From an uncultured Acidimicrobiaceae bacterium (GTDB lineage Bacteria > Actinomycetota > Acidimicrobiia > Acidimicrobiales > RAAP-2), in assembly GCA_963704585.1 (NCBI GenBank), contig OY969919.1:2617621-2681620 (forward strand): a stretch of 64,000 bases of DNA, read 5' to 3'. The stretch's first letter is position 1; each line of letters opens with the position of its first letter. The notes below the pieces were generated by a model that searched no databases, had not been told where the DNA came from, and saw only the letters and a program-made list of their open reading frames with translations. This document shows positions 18,014-29,828 of the stretch, one piece after another. Position numbers and translations under genes: made by a program.

Positions 18014-20335
18014 CTACCCGGGGCGCCCGGACCCGCTCTCGGCGAGCGACGACGCCGGCTCGCCCGCGCCGGGTGCCCCGTCGTCCGGGGACGTGGCCGG
18101 GGGCTCGACGTCGACCTCGACGCCGAGCGTCGGGACGATGCGGTCGAGCCAGCGCGGCAGGTACCAGTTCGCGTTGCCGAGCAGCTCCATCACCGAGGGC
18201 ACGAGCACGAGCCGGACGAGCGTGGCGTCGATGAGGATCGACGCGGCGAGCCCGAGACCGAACACCTTGAGCACCCGGAGCGGATCGCCGATCACGAAGG
18301 AGCCGAAGACGCAGATCATGATCGCGGCCGCCGCGCTGATCACCCGGGCGGTCTTCGCGAGCCCGTCGGCCACCGACAGCGAGTTGTCCCCGGTCCGCCG
18401 CCACTCCTCTCGGATCCGGCTGAGGAGGAAGACCTCGTAGTCCATCGAGAGGCCGAAGAGGATCGTGAACATCATGAGGGGGATCCACGGATCGATGGGT
18501 CCCGTGTGGCCGATGCCGATGATCGAGCCCCCCCAGCCCCACTGGAAGACCGCGACGATCACGCCGTACGCGGCGCCGACCGACAAGAGGTTCATGATCG
18601 CCGCCTTGACCGGGATGACCACCGAGCGGAAGACGGCCATCAGGAGCAGGAACGCGAGCACGATGACCGCGCCGATGACCCAGAAGAGGCGGCTCGCCAG
18701 GTATGCCGACGCATCGACGCTCGCGGCGGTCTCTCCGCCGACCAGCACGTGCAGGCCCGTGCCCGCGGTCGCGGCAGGGATCACGTGGTCGCGGAGGTCG
18801 CCGACCAGCTGCGCCGTCTGCGCGGCCTGGGGCGCGGTCGTCGGATAGGCGATGATCACCGCCGCGCTGTGGTCGGCGCTGACCTCGACCGGGGTGGCGA
18901 ACGCGACGCCGGGCGTCTCGCGAAGCGCCGTGCCGACCCGGTCCATCGTCGCGACGTCGGTGGTGGACGAGACCGGGGCCGCGACAACGAGGGGTCCGTT
19001 GAAGCCGGGCCCGAATCCCTCGGCGAGGAGGTCGTAGGCCTGGCGGGTGGTCAGCGACGTCGGGTCGTTGCTCGCGTCGGTGAACGCGAGGCGCATCGAG
19101 AAGAGCGGGATCGCGAGCGTGAGCAGGACCGCCAGTGCCGCGATCCCCGCGATCCACGGTCGTCGTTGGATCATCCGGCTCCACCGGTACCAGAAGCTGT
19201 CGGGTGCGGGCGTGGCGCCCGTCTGGAGGAGGCGCGGGAGGTGCATCCGGTCGATCGCACGGCCGGCGAAGCCGAGCATGGCGGGCAGGACCGTCATCGA
19301 ACCGGCCATCACCAGCAGGACCGCGATGATGGTGCCGACCGCGAGGCCCTGGAGGAAAGGGAGCTGGAGGACGAAGAGGCCCACGAGCGAGATCACGACC
19401 GTCGTGCCGGCGAAGAGCACGGCCCGACCCGACGTCATGAGGGAGGTGACCACGGCGTCGCGCGGCTCGCGGCCTTCGAAGAGCCCCTGCCGGTACCGGG
19501 TCACGATGAAGAGCGCGTAGTCGATGCCGACGCCGAGGCCGATCATCGCCAGCATCTCGGGGGCGAAGATCGGGACGTTGAGGACATGGCTCAGGATGTC
19601 CTCGAGCGCGAACCCGATCGCGATCCCGAAGAGGGCCGTGAGGATCGGCAGGCCCATCGCGACGACCGAGCCGAACGAGATGAGCATGATGATCATCGCC
19701 GCCATGATCCCGGCGCCCTCGCTCGGCCCCGGCGATGCGGTGACGACCTTGCCGATCGGTCCGCCGCCGAGCGCGACCTCGTAGCCGGGGCGCGCGAAGG
19801 ACTTGGCGGTGTCGATCACGTCCGAGACGGCGGCGTTCGGAACGGTCGCCGCGTCCTCGTCGAACTGCACGACCGCGAAGGCGATGCGCCGGCTCGGCGC
19901 GATCTGGTGACCGGTCGGGTCGAACGGGCTCTGCACGACCGAGACGTGCGGCAACGTCGCCAGCTTCGCCACCATCGCGTCGGTCGTCGCGCGGTTCTGC
20001 GGCGTGCCGATCGGATCGGTCGTGGCGACGACCACGTCTGCGCTCGTCCCGGCGGTTCGCGGGAAGCGCGCCGCGAGGAGGTTCTGCACCTGCTGGGAAG
20101 GTGAGTTGCCGGACCCGAACGACTCCTGGAACCGGCTGCCCATCGTCTGGGCGAGGGCGGTGACCACCACGATGGCCGCGATCCACCCGAGGACGACCTG
20201 GCGCCGATGGTCGTGGCTCCAGGCCGCCAGCCGTCCGAGGGCGCCGGTGTCATTGCGCGGGTGGGGATCGCGATCTGTCTGCCCGGCGCCGTTGGAAGGC
20301 GCCGCCGGGCCTGCCGGGGAGGTAGAATTCATCAC
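18014..20335 (-). CDS. MMPL family RND-type transporter
   Basis: 773 aa with two 6-TM bundles and periplasmic loops. MMPL-typical segments (GIDYALFIVTRY, GLSMDYEVFLLSRIREE). Confidence 0.93.
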   Translation of the reverse strand: MMNSTSPAGPAAPSNGAGQTDRDPHPRNDTGALGRLAAWSHDHRRQVVLGWIAAIVVVTALAQTMGSRFQESFGSGNSPSQQVQNLLAARFPRTAGTSADVVVATTDPIGTPQNRATTDAMVAKLATLPHVSVVQSPFDPTGHQIAPSRRIAFAVVQFDEDAATVPNAAVSDVIDTAKSFARPGYEVALGGGPIGKVVTASPGPSEGAGIMAAMIIMLISFGSVVAMGLPILTALFGIAIGFALEDILSHVLNVPIFAPEMLAMIGLGVGIDYALFIVTRYRQGLFEGREPRDAVVTSLMTSGRAVLFAGTTVVISLVGLFVLQLPFLQGLAVGTIIAVLLVMAGSMTVLPAMLGFAGRAIDRMHLPRLLQTGATPAPDSFWYRWSRMIQRRPWIAGIAALAVLLTLAIPLFSMRLAFTDASNDPTSLTTRQAYDLLAEGFGPGFNGPLVVAAPVSSTTDVATMDRVGTALRETPGVAFATPVEVSADHSAAVIIAYPTTAPQAAQTAQLVGDLRDHVIPAATAGTGLHVLVGGETAASVDASAYLASRLFWVIGAVIVLAFLLLMAVFRSVVIPVKAAIMNLLSVGAAYGVIVAVFQWGWGGSIIGIGHTGPIDPWIPLMMFTILFGLSMDYEVFLLSRIREEWRRTGDNSLSVADGLAKTARVISAAAAIMICVFGSFVIGDPLRVLKVFGLGLAASILIDATLVRLVLVPSVMELLGNANWYLPRWLDRIVPTLGVEVDVEPPATSPDDGAPGAGEPASSLAESGSGRPG

Positions 20336-20345
20336 TGATGAGTTC
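20325..20345. promoter_or_regulatory. Candidate TetR operator GAATTCATCA-C-TGATGAGTTC
   Basis: 21-nt palindrome with one mismatch (core TCATCA-C-TGATGA is perfect). It overlaps the MMPL start codon, 52 nt from the divergent TetR start. Confidence 0.4.
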
Positions 20346-20396
20346 TAGCACACCCCACCCGGGCGTTGGAAGGCCCGACCGGCCGAGGATCCGGCG

Positions 20397-20990
20397 GTGA
20401 TCGCGATCCGTGGGCGCCGGCCCGGGGGCGGCGACACCCGCGCACAGATCGTCGAGGCCGCGCGGGAGTCGTTCGCGGTGGACGGCTACGCGTCGACCAG
20501 CATCCGCGCCGTCGCCCGCCGCGCGGGGGTCGACCCCGCCCTCGTCCACCACTACTTCGACGGCAAGGCCGAGCTCTTCGTCGAAGCCATGGCGCTTCCG
20601 GTCGACCCGCGTGCGATCAACGAGCACGTGTCGGCCGGGCCGTTCGACGGCGTGGTGCTGATCGAGCGATTCCTCGCACAGTGGGAGGACGGCGCGCCGG
20701 GCGGCCCGGCCTCGTTCGTGAGCCTCGCGCAGGCCATCACGAGCTCGCCGGCGGTGGCGGACAGCGTGCGCGAGTTCCTCGCCGAGCGGATCGGCGTGCA
20801 CGGCCTCCCCGACGACGAGCTCGCGGTGCGGTTGCGCCGCCGCTCGCTCATCTCGTCGCAGCTCCTCGGCATCGCCTGGACGCGCTACGTCATGCGGATC
20901 GAGCCGATGGCCTCGGCGAGCCGCGCCGAGGTCGCACGCTGGGCCGGCCCGACCATCGACCGGTATGCGACCGGGCCGATGGAGGCCTGA
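20397..20990 (+). CDS. TetR family transcriptional regulator
   Basis: RAQIVEAARESFAVDGYASTSIRAVARRAGVDPALVHHYFDGKAELF. Divergent from the MMPL gene. Confidence 0.9.
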   Translation: MIAIRGRRPGGGDTRAQIVEAARESFAVDGYASTSIRAVARRAGVDPALVHHYFDGKAELFVEAMALPVDPRAINEHVSAGPFDGVVLIERFLAQWEDGAPGGPASFVSLAQAITSSPAVADSVREFLAERIGVHGLPDDELAVRLRRRSLISSQLLGIAWTRYVMRIEPMASASRAEVARWAGPTIDRYATGPMEA

Positions 20991-21028
20991 GCCCGCAGGA
21001 ACGCGCGGCCGCCGCCCGGCGTCCGCTG

Positions 21029-21694
21029 CTACCGGTAGATGTTGACCGACTCGTCGAGCCCGAACCCGGCCGGGTCGCCGCGGCCGGTCGACGCGAGCAC
21101 GAACGCGAAGGCGTCGCCTGTCACGCGACGGCCGCCTCCGCCGGCGACCGCGAACGCCTCGATCCCGTCGAGCTCGAGGTCGGCGGGCCCCCACCCCTGG
21201 TCGGTGAGGACCTGCGCGATGTGCGAGACGGACGGCCGGAGCGCCTCACCGGTCGTGCCGGTCCTGCCGATCGCCGAACCCATGTCGTCGGCGTGCAGCC
21301 AGGTGTCGAACCAGAGCGCCTCGATCCCGAAGCCGAGGGTCCCACCCGCCCCCGCCGGCAACGGTGCATCCCACGCGTCGTCGTCGAACGCGGCGGCGAG
21401 GCCGGTCGCGGCCTCGATGCCCGAGCGGAGCTCCTCGACGAGCTCGGCAGGCGGCCGGCCGCGGCGCTGGTCGACCTGGCGCTCGGTGACCTCGGGGGTG
21501 CCGACCCCGTCGAGGTTGAGGCTCACGACGTCGGTGAGCTGGCCGGCGACGTGACCGGCGACGTCGGCGACGCGCCAGCCCGCACACCGGCTGGGCGTCT
21601 CCCACTCGCGCTCGCTGAGCCCGCCGACGAGCGACGCGAACGACTCGTACTCGGCGAGCATCCCCGGGACGACGAAGGTACGGGGCAGGGTCAT
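21029..21694 (-). CDS. Maleylpyruvate isomerase family mycothiol-dependent enzyme (TIGR03083-like)
   Basis: CAGWRVADVAGHVAG motif. ATG 21694 with GAGGAGGAG RBS. Confidence 0.8.
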   Translation of the reverse strand: MTLPRTFVVPGMLAEYESFASLVGGLSEREWETPSRCAGWRVADVAGHVAGQLTDVVSLNLDGVGTPEVTERQVDQRRGRPPAELVEELRSGIEAATGLAAAFDDDAWDAPLPAGAGGTLGFGIEALWFDTWLHADDMGSAIGRTGTTGEALRPSVSHIAQVLTDQGWGPADLELDGIEAFAVAGGGGRRVTGDAFAFVLASTGRGDPAGFGLDESVNIYR

Positions 21695-21718
21695 GGCTCC
21701 TCCTCGGATGGGCCTGTA

Positions 21719-21735
21719 ACATGCACTTGGCATGT
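21719..21735. promoter_or_regulatory. Inverted repeat ACATGC-acttg-GCATGT in a divergent promoter region
   Basis: Lies between the MDMPI gene (start 21694) and the TetR gene (start 21743). An adjacent GCATGC palindrome sits at about 21741. Confidence 0.3.
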
Positions 21736-21742
21736 ATCTTGC

Positions 21743-22387
21743 ATGCAGAGTGCACGAAAGGTCAAGTGGCAGTTGCCGTCACGGCGCACGCAGGCGGAGC
21801 GGTCGGAAGCCACCCGGGGCGCCCTCGTCGACGCCGGCCGAGTGCTCTTCGCGACGAAAGGGTACGCCGGCTCGGCCCGCGAGGAGATCGTGGCCGCAGC
21901 CGGGGTCACCCGCGGCGCGCTCCAGCATCACTTCGGCGACAAGGCCGGCCTGTTCCGAGCGGTCTACGAGACCGTCGAGCAGGAGGTCGTGGCCGCGACC
22001 GCGGAGGCGGCGATGGCCGCCGGCGACGATCCGGTCGAGCGTCTCCGGGCCGGGTGCCACGCCTACCTCGACACGGTGCTCGATCCCGCCGTCCAGCGCA
22101 TCTGTGCGATCGACGGTCCGGCGGTGCTCGCGCCGGCCGAGGTCGACCAGATCACCGACCGCTACGCGCTCGGCCTCGTGCGCATGGCGGTCGAGGAGGC
22201 CGTCGACGCCGGCTCGATCGACCCCGCGCCGGTCGAGCCCCTCACCCGGATGCTCCTCGCAGGGGTGACCGCGGCCGCCCAGTACGTGGCGACGGCCGAG
22301 GAGCCCGAACGTGCCCGGGTCGAGGCCGGGAAGACGGTCGACCTGCTGCTCGACGGGCTCCGCCGCGCACCGGGTGCGCGTGGATGA
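21743..22387 (+). CDS. TetR family transcriptional regulator
   Basis: RGALVDAGRVLFATKGYAGSAREEIVAAAGVTRGALQHHFGDKAGLF. It is the C-terminal part of the long artefactual ORF 20366..22387. Confidence 0.85.
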   Translation: MQSARKVKWQLPSRRTQAERSEATRGALVDAGRVLFATKGYAGSAREEIVAAAGVTRGALQHHFGDKAGLFRAVYETVEQEVVAATAEAAMAAGDDPVERLRAGCHAYLDTVLDPAVQRICAIDGPAVLAPAEVDQITDRYALGLVRMAVEEAVDAGSIDPAPVEPLTRMLLAGVTAAAQYVATAEEPERARVEAGKTVDLLLDGLRRAPGARG

Positions 22388-22414
22388 CGCGGGCGCGGCC
22401 GGGCAGGGCGCGGC

Positions 22415-22825
22415 TCAGCCGGCGCGCTGGGTGAAGCTGAACCAGTTGCCCGAGTCGTCGACGACGATCGCCTCGACGCCGTACGGCCGTTCTGCCGGCT
22501 CCTGGCGGAACGAGACGCCGCGAGCGGCGAGCGCCTCGTGGTCCGACCGGCAGTCGGTCGTCGCCATCACGCCGGGGCTGAGGGCGCCCCGTTCGACGAG
22601 CGACCGGACCTGCTGGGCGGTCTCCGCGTCGAGCATCGAGTGCGCCGGGTCGAGCAGTAGGAGCTCCTGGCCGTTCCCCCCGGGCGGCCGGACCGTGAGC
22701 CACCGCATCCCGTCGTCGAGCACGAGGTCGTTGGTGAGCTCGAAGCCGAGCTGCTCCACGTAGAAGCGCTTCGCCGAGTCCTGGTCGAGGACCCACACCG
22801 TGACGATCGAGATCCCGGTGATCAT
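22415..22825 (-). CDS. VOC family protein (glyoxalase/bleomycin-resistance fold)
   Basis: 136 aa with a SIVTVWVLDQDSAKRFYVEQLGFEL start, typical of the VOC fold. Confidence 0.85.
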   Translation of the reverse strand: MITGISIVTVWVLDQDSAKRFYVEQLGFELTNDLVLDDGMRWLTVRPPGGNGQELLLLDPAHSMLDAETAQQVRSLVERGALSPGVMATTDCRSDHEALAARGVSFRQEPAERPYGVEAIVVDDSGNWFSFTQRAG

Positions 22826-23377
22826 GCGTTCCTCCTCTGCCGGTCCGCCGACCAGATTAGGAGTGCGGGAGCGGCACCGGTCGCTCCGCCGGGGCGAAGC
22901 CGATGCCCGCGACCGGCGCCGGCCCAGCCGTCGCCTCGCGTGCGCCCCGGGTGGGGAAGACGACGCGCTCGTACACCGCGTACTTGGCGAGCCAGAGGAC
23001 GACGCTGATCACGAGGAAACCCGCGGCCACGATGGCCACGTGGAACGGCGCAGCGCGTGGGACGACCGCGGCGACCAGACCGGTGGCGATGCTGGAGGCC
23101 GCGATCGAGACGGCGGAGACCGTCCAGTAGAGGACGATCTGCCGCCCCACCCTGCGGCGCGGCGCCTCGCGCCAGATCCAGTAGCGGCTGAGGAGGTAGG
23201 AGGGCACGGTTCCGGCGAGGTTCGCGGCGAGGGCGGCGGCGGTGGCGCCGAGGAGCCCGCGACCGTAGAGCACGACGAGGGTGATCTCGCTCACGCCGAA
23301 CGCGAGCACCGAGGTCGCGCCGTACCGCACGAGCCGGCCGATCCCCGCCCGCCGGGCGCGGAGCCGGGCGCCGCGGT

Positions 23378-25662
<2,285 letters not shown>

Positions 25663-25693
25663 GCACGCGTGCCGCCGGCGCTACGGTGGCCCG

Positions 25694-26062
25694 ATGGACT
25701 GGTCAAACTGGGCTGCCCGTCTCGAGATCGCGCTCGGACCGGAAGGTGACTTCCCGTCGTTCTTCGCACCCGGGGCGCTCTTCAGCGACCCGGTGAACGC
25801 GCCGACCGAGGACCTCGCGGCGATCGAGGAGATGACCAAGGCGTCGTTCCCGGACTGGCGACAGGAGATCACCTCGGTCCACGGCGACGCGACCGGCGGC
25901 TCGTTCGAGTGGATCGGACGGGGCACTCTGGGTGGGACCACGCCCATCGTCATCCACGGGTGCACGGCCGTCGACGTCGACCAGGCCGGCCTGGTCACCC
26001 GCTGGCGGGACTACTTCGACCTGCAGGAGATCGAGGCTCAGCTCGGCGCCACCCAGGGCTGA
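25694..26062 (+). CDS. SnoaL-like / NTF2 family protein
   Basis: 122 aa. Size and pattern suggest the SnoaL fold (IEEMTKASFPDWRQEI…VTRWRDYFD). Assignment by eye only. Confidence 0.55.
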   Translation: MDWSNWAARLEIALGPEGDFPSFFAPGALFSDPVNAPTEDLAAIEEMTKASFPDWRQEITSVHGDATGGSFEWIGRGTLGGTTPIVIHGCTAVDVDQAGLVTRWRDYFDLQEIEAQLGATQG

Positions 26063-26082
26063 GCGAACGGTCGCGACGGCTG

Positions 26083-27072
26083 CTACGAGTCGAGGATCTT
26101 GTCGATCGCCTCGAGCTCCCCGGGTTCGAAGTCGAGCCGGTCGAGCGTCGCGAGATTCTGGTCGAGCTGGGCGAGGCTGCTCGCCCCGACCAGCGTCGAC
26201 GTCACCCGCGGATCGCGGAGCGTCCAGGCGAGGGCCATCTGCGCGAGCGACTGGCCGCGGCCCCGCGCGAGCTCGTGGAGGGCGCGCACCCTGGCGAGGG
26301 TGGCCTCGTTGAGCTCACCGCGGTCGAGGGTGTCGGAGGTGTTGGCACGTGAGTCGGCCGGTATCCCGTCGAGGTAGCGGTCGGTGAGGATCCCCTGCGA
26401 GAGCGGCGAGTAGACGATGCAGCCCGCGCCGGCCTCGGCGATCGCGTCGAGGGTGCCGTGCTCGATCCAGCGGTTGAGCATGGAGTAGGGGGGCTGGTGA
26501 ATGAGCAGCGGCGTGCCGTGCTCGGCCAGGATGGCCGCGGCCTTCGCAGTCTGTTCCGGCGGGTACGACGAGATGCCCGCGTACAGGGCTTTGCCCTGCC
26601 GGACCGCGGTCGCCAGAGCGCCCATCGTCTCCTTCATCGGTGTGAACGGGTCGAAGCAGTGCGAGTAGAAGATGTCGACGTACTCGAGCTGCAGGCGTCG
26701 GAGGCTCGCATCGAGGCTCGCGAGGAGGTACTTGCGCGAGCCTCCCTCGCCGTACGGCCCCGGCCACATGTCGTAACCCGCCTTCGTCGAGACGATGATC
26801 TCGTCCCGGTACGGCGCGAGGTGTCCGCGGAACGCACTGCCGAAGTTGGTCTCCGCCGCTCCGGGGGGAGGTCCGTAGTTGTTGGCCAGGTCGAAGTGGG
26901 TGACGCCGCGGTCGAAGGCACGGGTGAGCATCGCCCCGACCTCCCGGGCATCGCGTGCGTCGCCGAAGTTCTGCCAGAGCCCGAGCGAAACGAGCGGGAG
27001 CTTGAGCCCGCTCCGTCCGCACCGTCGGTACTCCATGCGCTCGTAGCGGTCGCCTGCTGCGGTGTGGGTCAT
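26083..27072 (-). CDS. Aldo/keto reductase (YghZ / L-glyceraldehyde-3-phosphate reductase-like)
   Basis: GVTHFDLANNYG, STKAGYDMWPGPYGEGGSRKYL, YVDIFYSH. 329 aa. Confidence 0.9.
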   Translation of the reverse strand: MTHTAAGDRYERMEYRRCGRSGLKLPLVSLGLWQNFGDARDAREVGAMLTRAFDRGVTHFDLANNYGPPPGAAETNFGSAFRGHLAPYRDEIIVSTKAGYDMWPGPYGEGGSRKYLLASLDASLRRLQLEYVDIFYSHCFDPFTPMKETMGALATAVRQGKALYAGISSYPPEQTAKAAAILAEHGTPLLIHQPPYSMLNRWIEHGTLDAIAEAGAGCIVYSPLSQGILTDRYLDGIPADSRANTSDTLDRGELNEATLARVRALHELARGRGQSLAQMALAWTLRDPRVTSTLVGASSLAQLDQNLATLDRLDFEPGELEAIDKILDS

Positions 27073-27271
27073 GCGGCAACCCTATTGAAGAACCCGGCGC
27101 ACGATCCCGTGAGGCGGTATGCCTGCGCCGGCAGAGCGGGCGGCAGTGCCGCTGTGGCCGACCCGGCGCGGCGGTGCCGTCGGGACCGCCCTGGCATAGA
27201 GTCTGCGGCGACGTGACCGGGTCCGCGCGTCTCTGGACGGGGGACGGGGATCCGGTGGGGGAGGTGGGCTC

Positions 27272-28345
27272 GTGGGCGAAGTGCCCGAAGTGATGCCGGT
27301 GGCCGTCTACCAGCGGCCGGGGGAGGTCGCCGTCGAGGAGCGACCGGTCCCGATGCCCGGTCAGGGTCAGCTGCTCGTGCGGGTCGACCACTGCGGCATC
27401 TGCGGCTCCGACATCCACCTGCTCCTCGAGGGGTGGGCGGGCAAGCCTGGTCTGATCGCCGGCCACGAGTTCAGCGGATCGATCGCCGCCCTCGGACCGG
27501 GCGTCTCCGGCTGGGCGGTCGGCGAGCCGGTGCTCGGCGGCCCGTCGCCCAAGTGCGGGCACTGCCGGCGCTGCCTCGAGGGGAAGCCCTCGCAGTGCGA
27601 GAACCGCAACAGCACCATCGTCGACGGCGAGGACGGCGCCTTCGCCGGCTACGTGCTGGTCCGCGAGACGGCACTGCTCCGCATGCCGGAGGGGATGAGC
27701 AGCAGGACCGCCGCACTCGCCGAGCCGCTCGCCGTCGCGCTCCACGGGATCAACCGTTCCGGGGTGGCCGAGGGGGATCGCGTCATGGTGATGGGCGCCG
27801 GGCCCATCGGCGCGCTCTCGATCGCGGCCCTCGCAGCGCGTGGGATCGGCCCGATCCTCGCGGTGGAGCCGGGGGAGCGGCGCAGGCAGCTCGCGAAGGA
27901 CCTCGGCGCGAGCGAGGTCCTCGACCCCGCCGAGCTCGAGGTCTTCCCGCCGTGGGAGCCCGAGCGGCTCGCGTCGCGGGGAGTCCACGTCGTCCTCGAG
28001 TGCTCGGGCAAGAAGCCGGCCATGGAGGCCGGCTTCAATCAGCTGCTGCGCGGCGGGACGCTCGCCCTCGTCGGTGCCGGAATGGAGGCTCCGACCTTCG
28101 ACCCCAACCGATTCCTCCTGAACGAGCTCTCGGTGGTCGGCTCGTTCATCTACGACAAGGGCGGCTTCGAGGCGGCGCTCGAGCTGCTCGCCACGGACGA
28201 CTTCCCGAGCGACCTGCTGCTCGAGGCCGAGGATGTGCCGCTCGACCGACTCTCGGAGGCGCTCGCCGACCTCGCGTCCGGCCGGCTCGGCGGCAAGGTG
28301 CTCGTCGTGCCCCGGCTCGCAGCCGACGGACCACGGAGGAATTGA
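27272..28345 (+). CDS. Zinc-binding alcohol dehydrogenase family (MDR) protein
   Basis: CGICGSDIH and GHEFSG catalytic Zn motifs, CGHCRRCLEGKPSQC structural Zn motif, MGAGPIG Rossmann motif. Confidence 0.9.
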   Translation: MGEVPEVMPVAVYQRPGEVAVEERPVPMPGQGQLLVRVDHCGICGSDIHLLLEGWAGKPGLIAGHEFSGSIAALGPGVSGWAVGEPVLGGPSPKCGHCRRCLEGKPSQCENRNSTIVDGEDGAFAGYVLVRETALLRMPEGMSSRTAALAEPLAVALHGINRSGVAEGDRVMVMGAGPIGALSIAALAARGIGPILAVEPGERRRQLAKDLGASEVLDPAELEVFPPWEPERLASRGVHVVLECSGKKPAMEAGFNQLLRGGTLALVGAGMEAPTFDPNRFLLNELSVVGSFIYDKGGFEAALELLATDDFPSDLLLEAEDVPLDRLSEALADLASGRLGGKVLVVPRLAADGPRRN

Positions 28346-28791
28346 TGGCCCACACCCTCTACCCGAGCGGGATCCCCCGCTTCAACCACGTCGCGATGAG
28401 CCTGCCGGCCGACGCGCTCGATGCCGCGCACCGGGCCGACCTCTGCCGGTTCTGGCACGACGTCTTCGGCTTCGACGAGCTCGAGATGCTGACCGAGGAT
28501 CGCCGGCGTCTCGTGCTGTCCTGCGTCCACTGGGACCAGTTCATCTTCCTCGCAGCGGAGGACGTGCCGATGCGCTGCCCGCGGCTCGACCACTTCGGCT
28601 TTTCGGTGGGGTCGCTCGCCGAGCTGGAGGGCTTGCAGGAGCGCATCGCCGCCTATCGCGAGCACGACGACCGGGTCGACCTCATCGACCTGCACGTCGA
28701 CGACCAGAAGGTGGTCAAGATCCACTCGCTCTATGTTCGGTACCTCCTCCCCATGATGTGCGAGGTGCAGTGGTGGGAGTTCGTCAAATGA
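28345..28791 (+). CDS. VOC-like protein
   Basis: ATGA overlap with the ADH stop. IPRFNHVAMSL… and LDHFGFSV are consistent with a glyoxalase-fold duplication. Confidence 0.6.
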   Translation: MAHTLYPSGIPRFNHVAMSLPADALDAAHRADLCRFWHDVFGFDELEMLTEDRRRLVLSCVHWDQFIFLAAEDVPMRCPRLDHFGFSVGSLAELEGLQERIAAYREHDDRVDLIDLHVDDQKVVKIHSLYVRYLLPMMCEVQWWEFVK

Positions 28792-29783
28792 GCGCGCGGC
28801 CGTCGGGACGACTCCAGCTCGGGGTCTTCGTGCCCCAGGGCTGGAAGCTCGAGTACACCGGGTGGAGCGGCCCTGACGCGTGGGCGCGTTCGGTCGAGCT
28901 CGCACAGCTCGCCGAGGCGCTCGGCTACGACCACCTCTGGGTCTACGACCATGTCGAGACCGTGCCGCGTCGCGAGCCGTCCCACGTCTTCGAGGCGTTC
29001 ACCATGCTCGCCGCGCTCTCGCAGCGCACCTCGAGCGTCGGACTGGGCCAGCTCGTCACCTGCTCGTCGTACCGGAACGCCGGGCTCCTCGCGAAGGAAG
29101 CCGCGTGCATCGACGTCTTCTCGGGCGGCCGCGTGATCCTCGGGCTCGGCGCCGGCTGGTACCACGAGGAGTACGGCGCCTACGGCTACGAGTACCTCCC
29201 GGACCCGGTCCGGCTCGCGGTGCTCGACGAGACCCTCGACGCGGTGCAGCGCCTCTGGACCGAGGAGACCGTGACCCTCGACGGCGCGCACGTGCAGCTG
29301 CGCGGCGCGTTCTGCGATCCGAAACCGGTCCAGAACCTCCCGCCGCTCCTCGTCGGCGGCGGTGGGGAGCGGGTCAACCTCCGCATCGCGGCCCGCCGGG
29401 CGGACCTCACCAACTGGCAGGTCGGGCTCGAGTCCTTCGTGCGCAAGTCGGAGCTGCTCGCCCGGTACTGCGACGAGATCGGCCGGCCGTTCGAGGAGAT
29501 CGTGCGGACCCACGGTCCGGACTGCCGCATCTTCGACACCGAGGCGGAGGCGGTCGCCTGGTGCGAGACCGAGGACGGCGGCCACCTCTGGGGCGGCACG
29601 CCGACGGAGGACTACCTCGCGGAGAACTTCGTCGGAACGGTCGAACAGGTCATCGACAAGACGCAGGCATTCGTCGACGCGGGCTGCGGCGGCCTCATCC
29701 TCTGGCTTCGCGACTACCCGAGCGACGAGACGCTCCGGCGGTTCGTCGCAGAAGTGGTCCCCGCCCTCAAGCTCCCGAGCTGA
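28788..29783 (+). CDS. LLM class (luciferase-like) oxidoreductase, probably F420-dependent Rv1855c-type
   Basis: ATGA overlap with the previous gene. LGVFVPQGWKLEY…LWVYDH…LGLGAGWYHEEY pattern. Confidence 0.85.
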   Translation: MSARPSGRLQLGVFVPQGWKLEYTGWSGPDAWARSVELAQLAEALGYDHLWVYDHVETVPRREPSHVFEAFTMLAALSQRTSSVGLGQLVTCSSYRNAGLLAKEAACIDVFSGGRVILGLGAGWYHEEYGAYGYEYLPDPVRLAVLDETLDAVQRLWTEETVTLDGAHVQLRGAFCDPKPVQNLPPLLVGGGGERVNLRIAARRADLTNWQVGLESFVRKSELLARYCDEIGRPFEEIVRTHGPDCRIFDTEAEAVAWCETEDGGHLWGGTPTEDYLAENFVGTVEQVIDKTQAFVDAGCGGLILWLRDYPSDETLRRFVAEVVPALKLPS

Positions 29784-29828
29784 TCGCCAGTCGCTTCCGC
29801 CGGCGCGGGCACCGATCGGCGCGGGTGT

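Noticed and set aside
26083-29783. AKR and LLM-class oxidoreductase near sqdB as a sulfo-SMO-like sulfoquinovose degradation set (SmoB/SmoC analogues).
   Set aside because: The LLM protein has the Rv1855c/F420-type N-terminus rather than an SsuD/SmoC-like one. There is no sulfoquinovosidase (GH31), flavin reductase, SQ transporter or regulator. The genes lie on different strands with ordinary redox neighbours.
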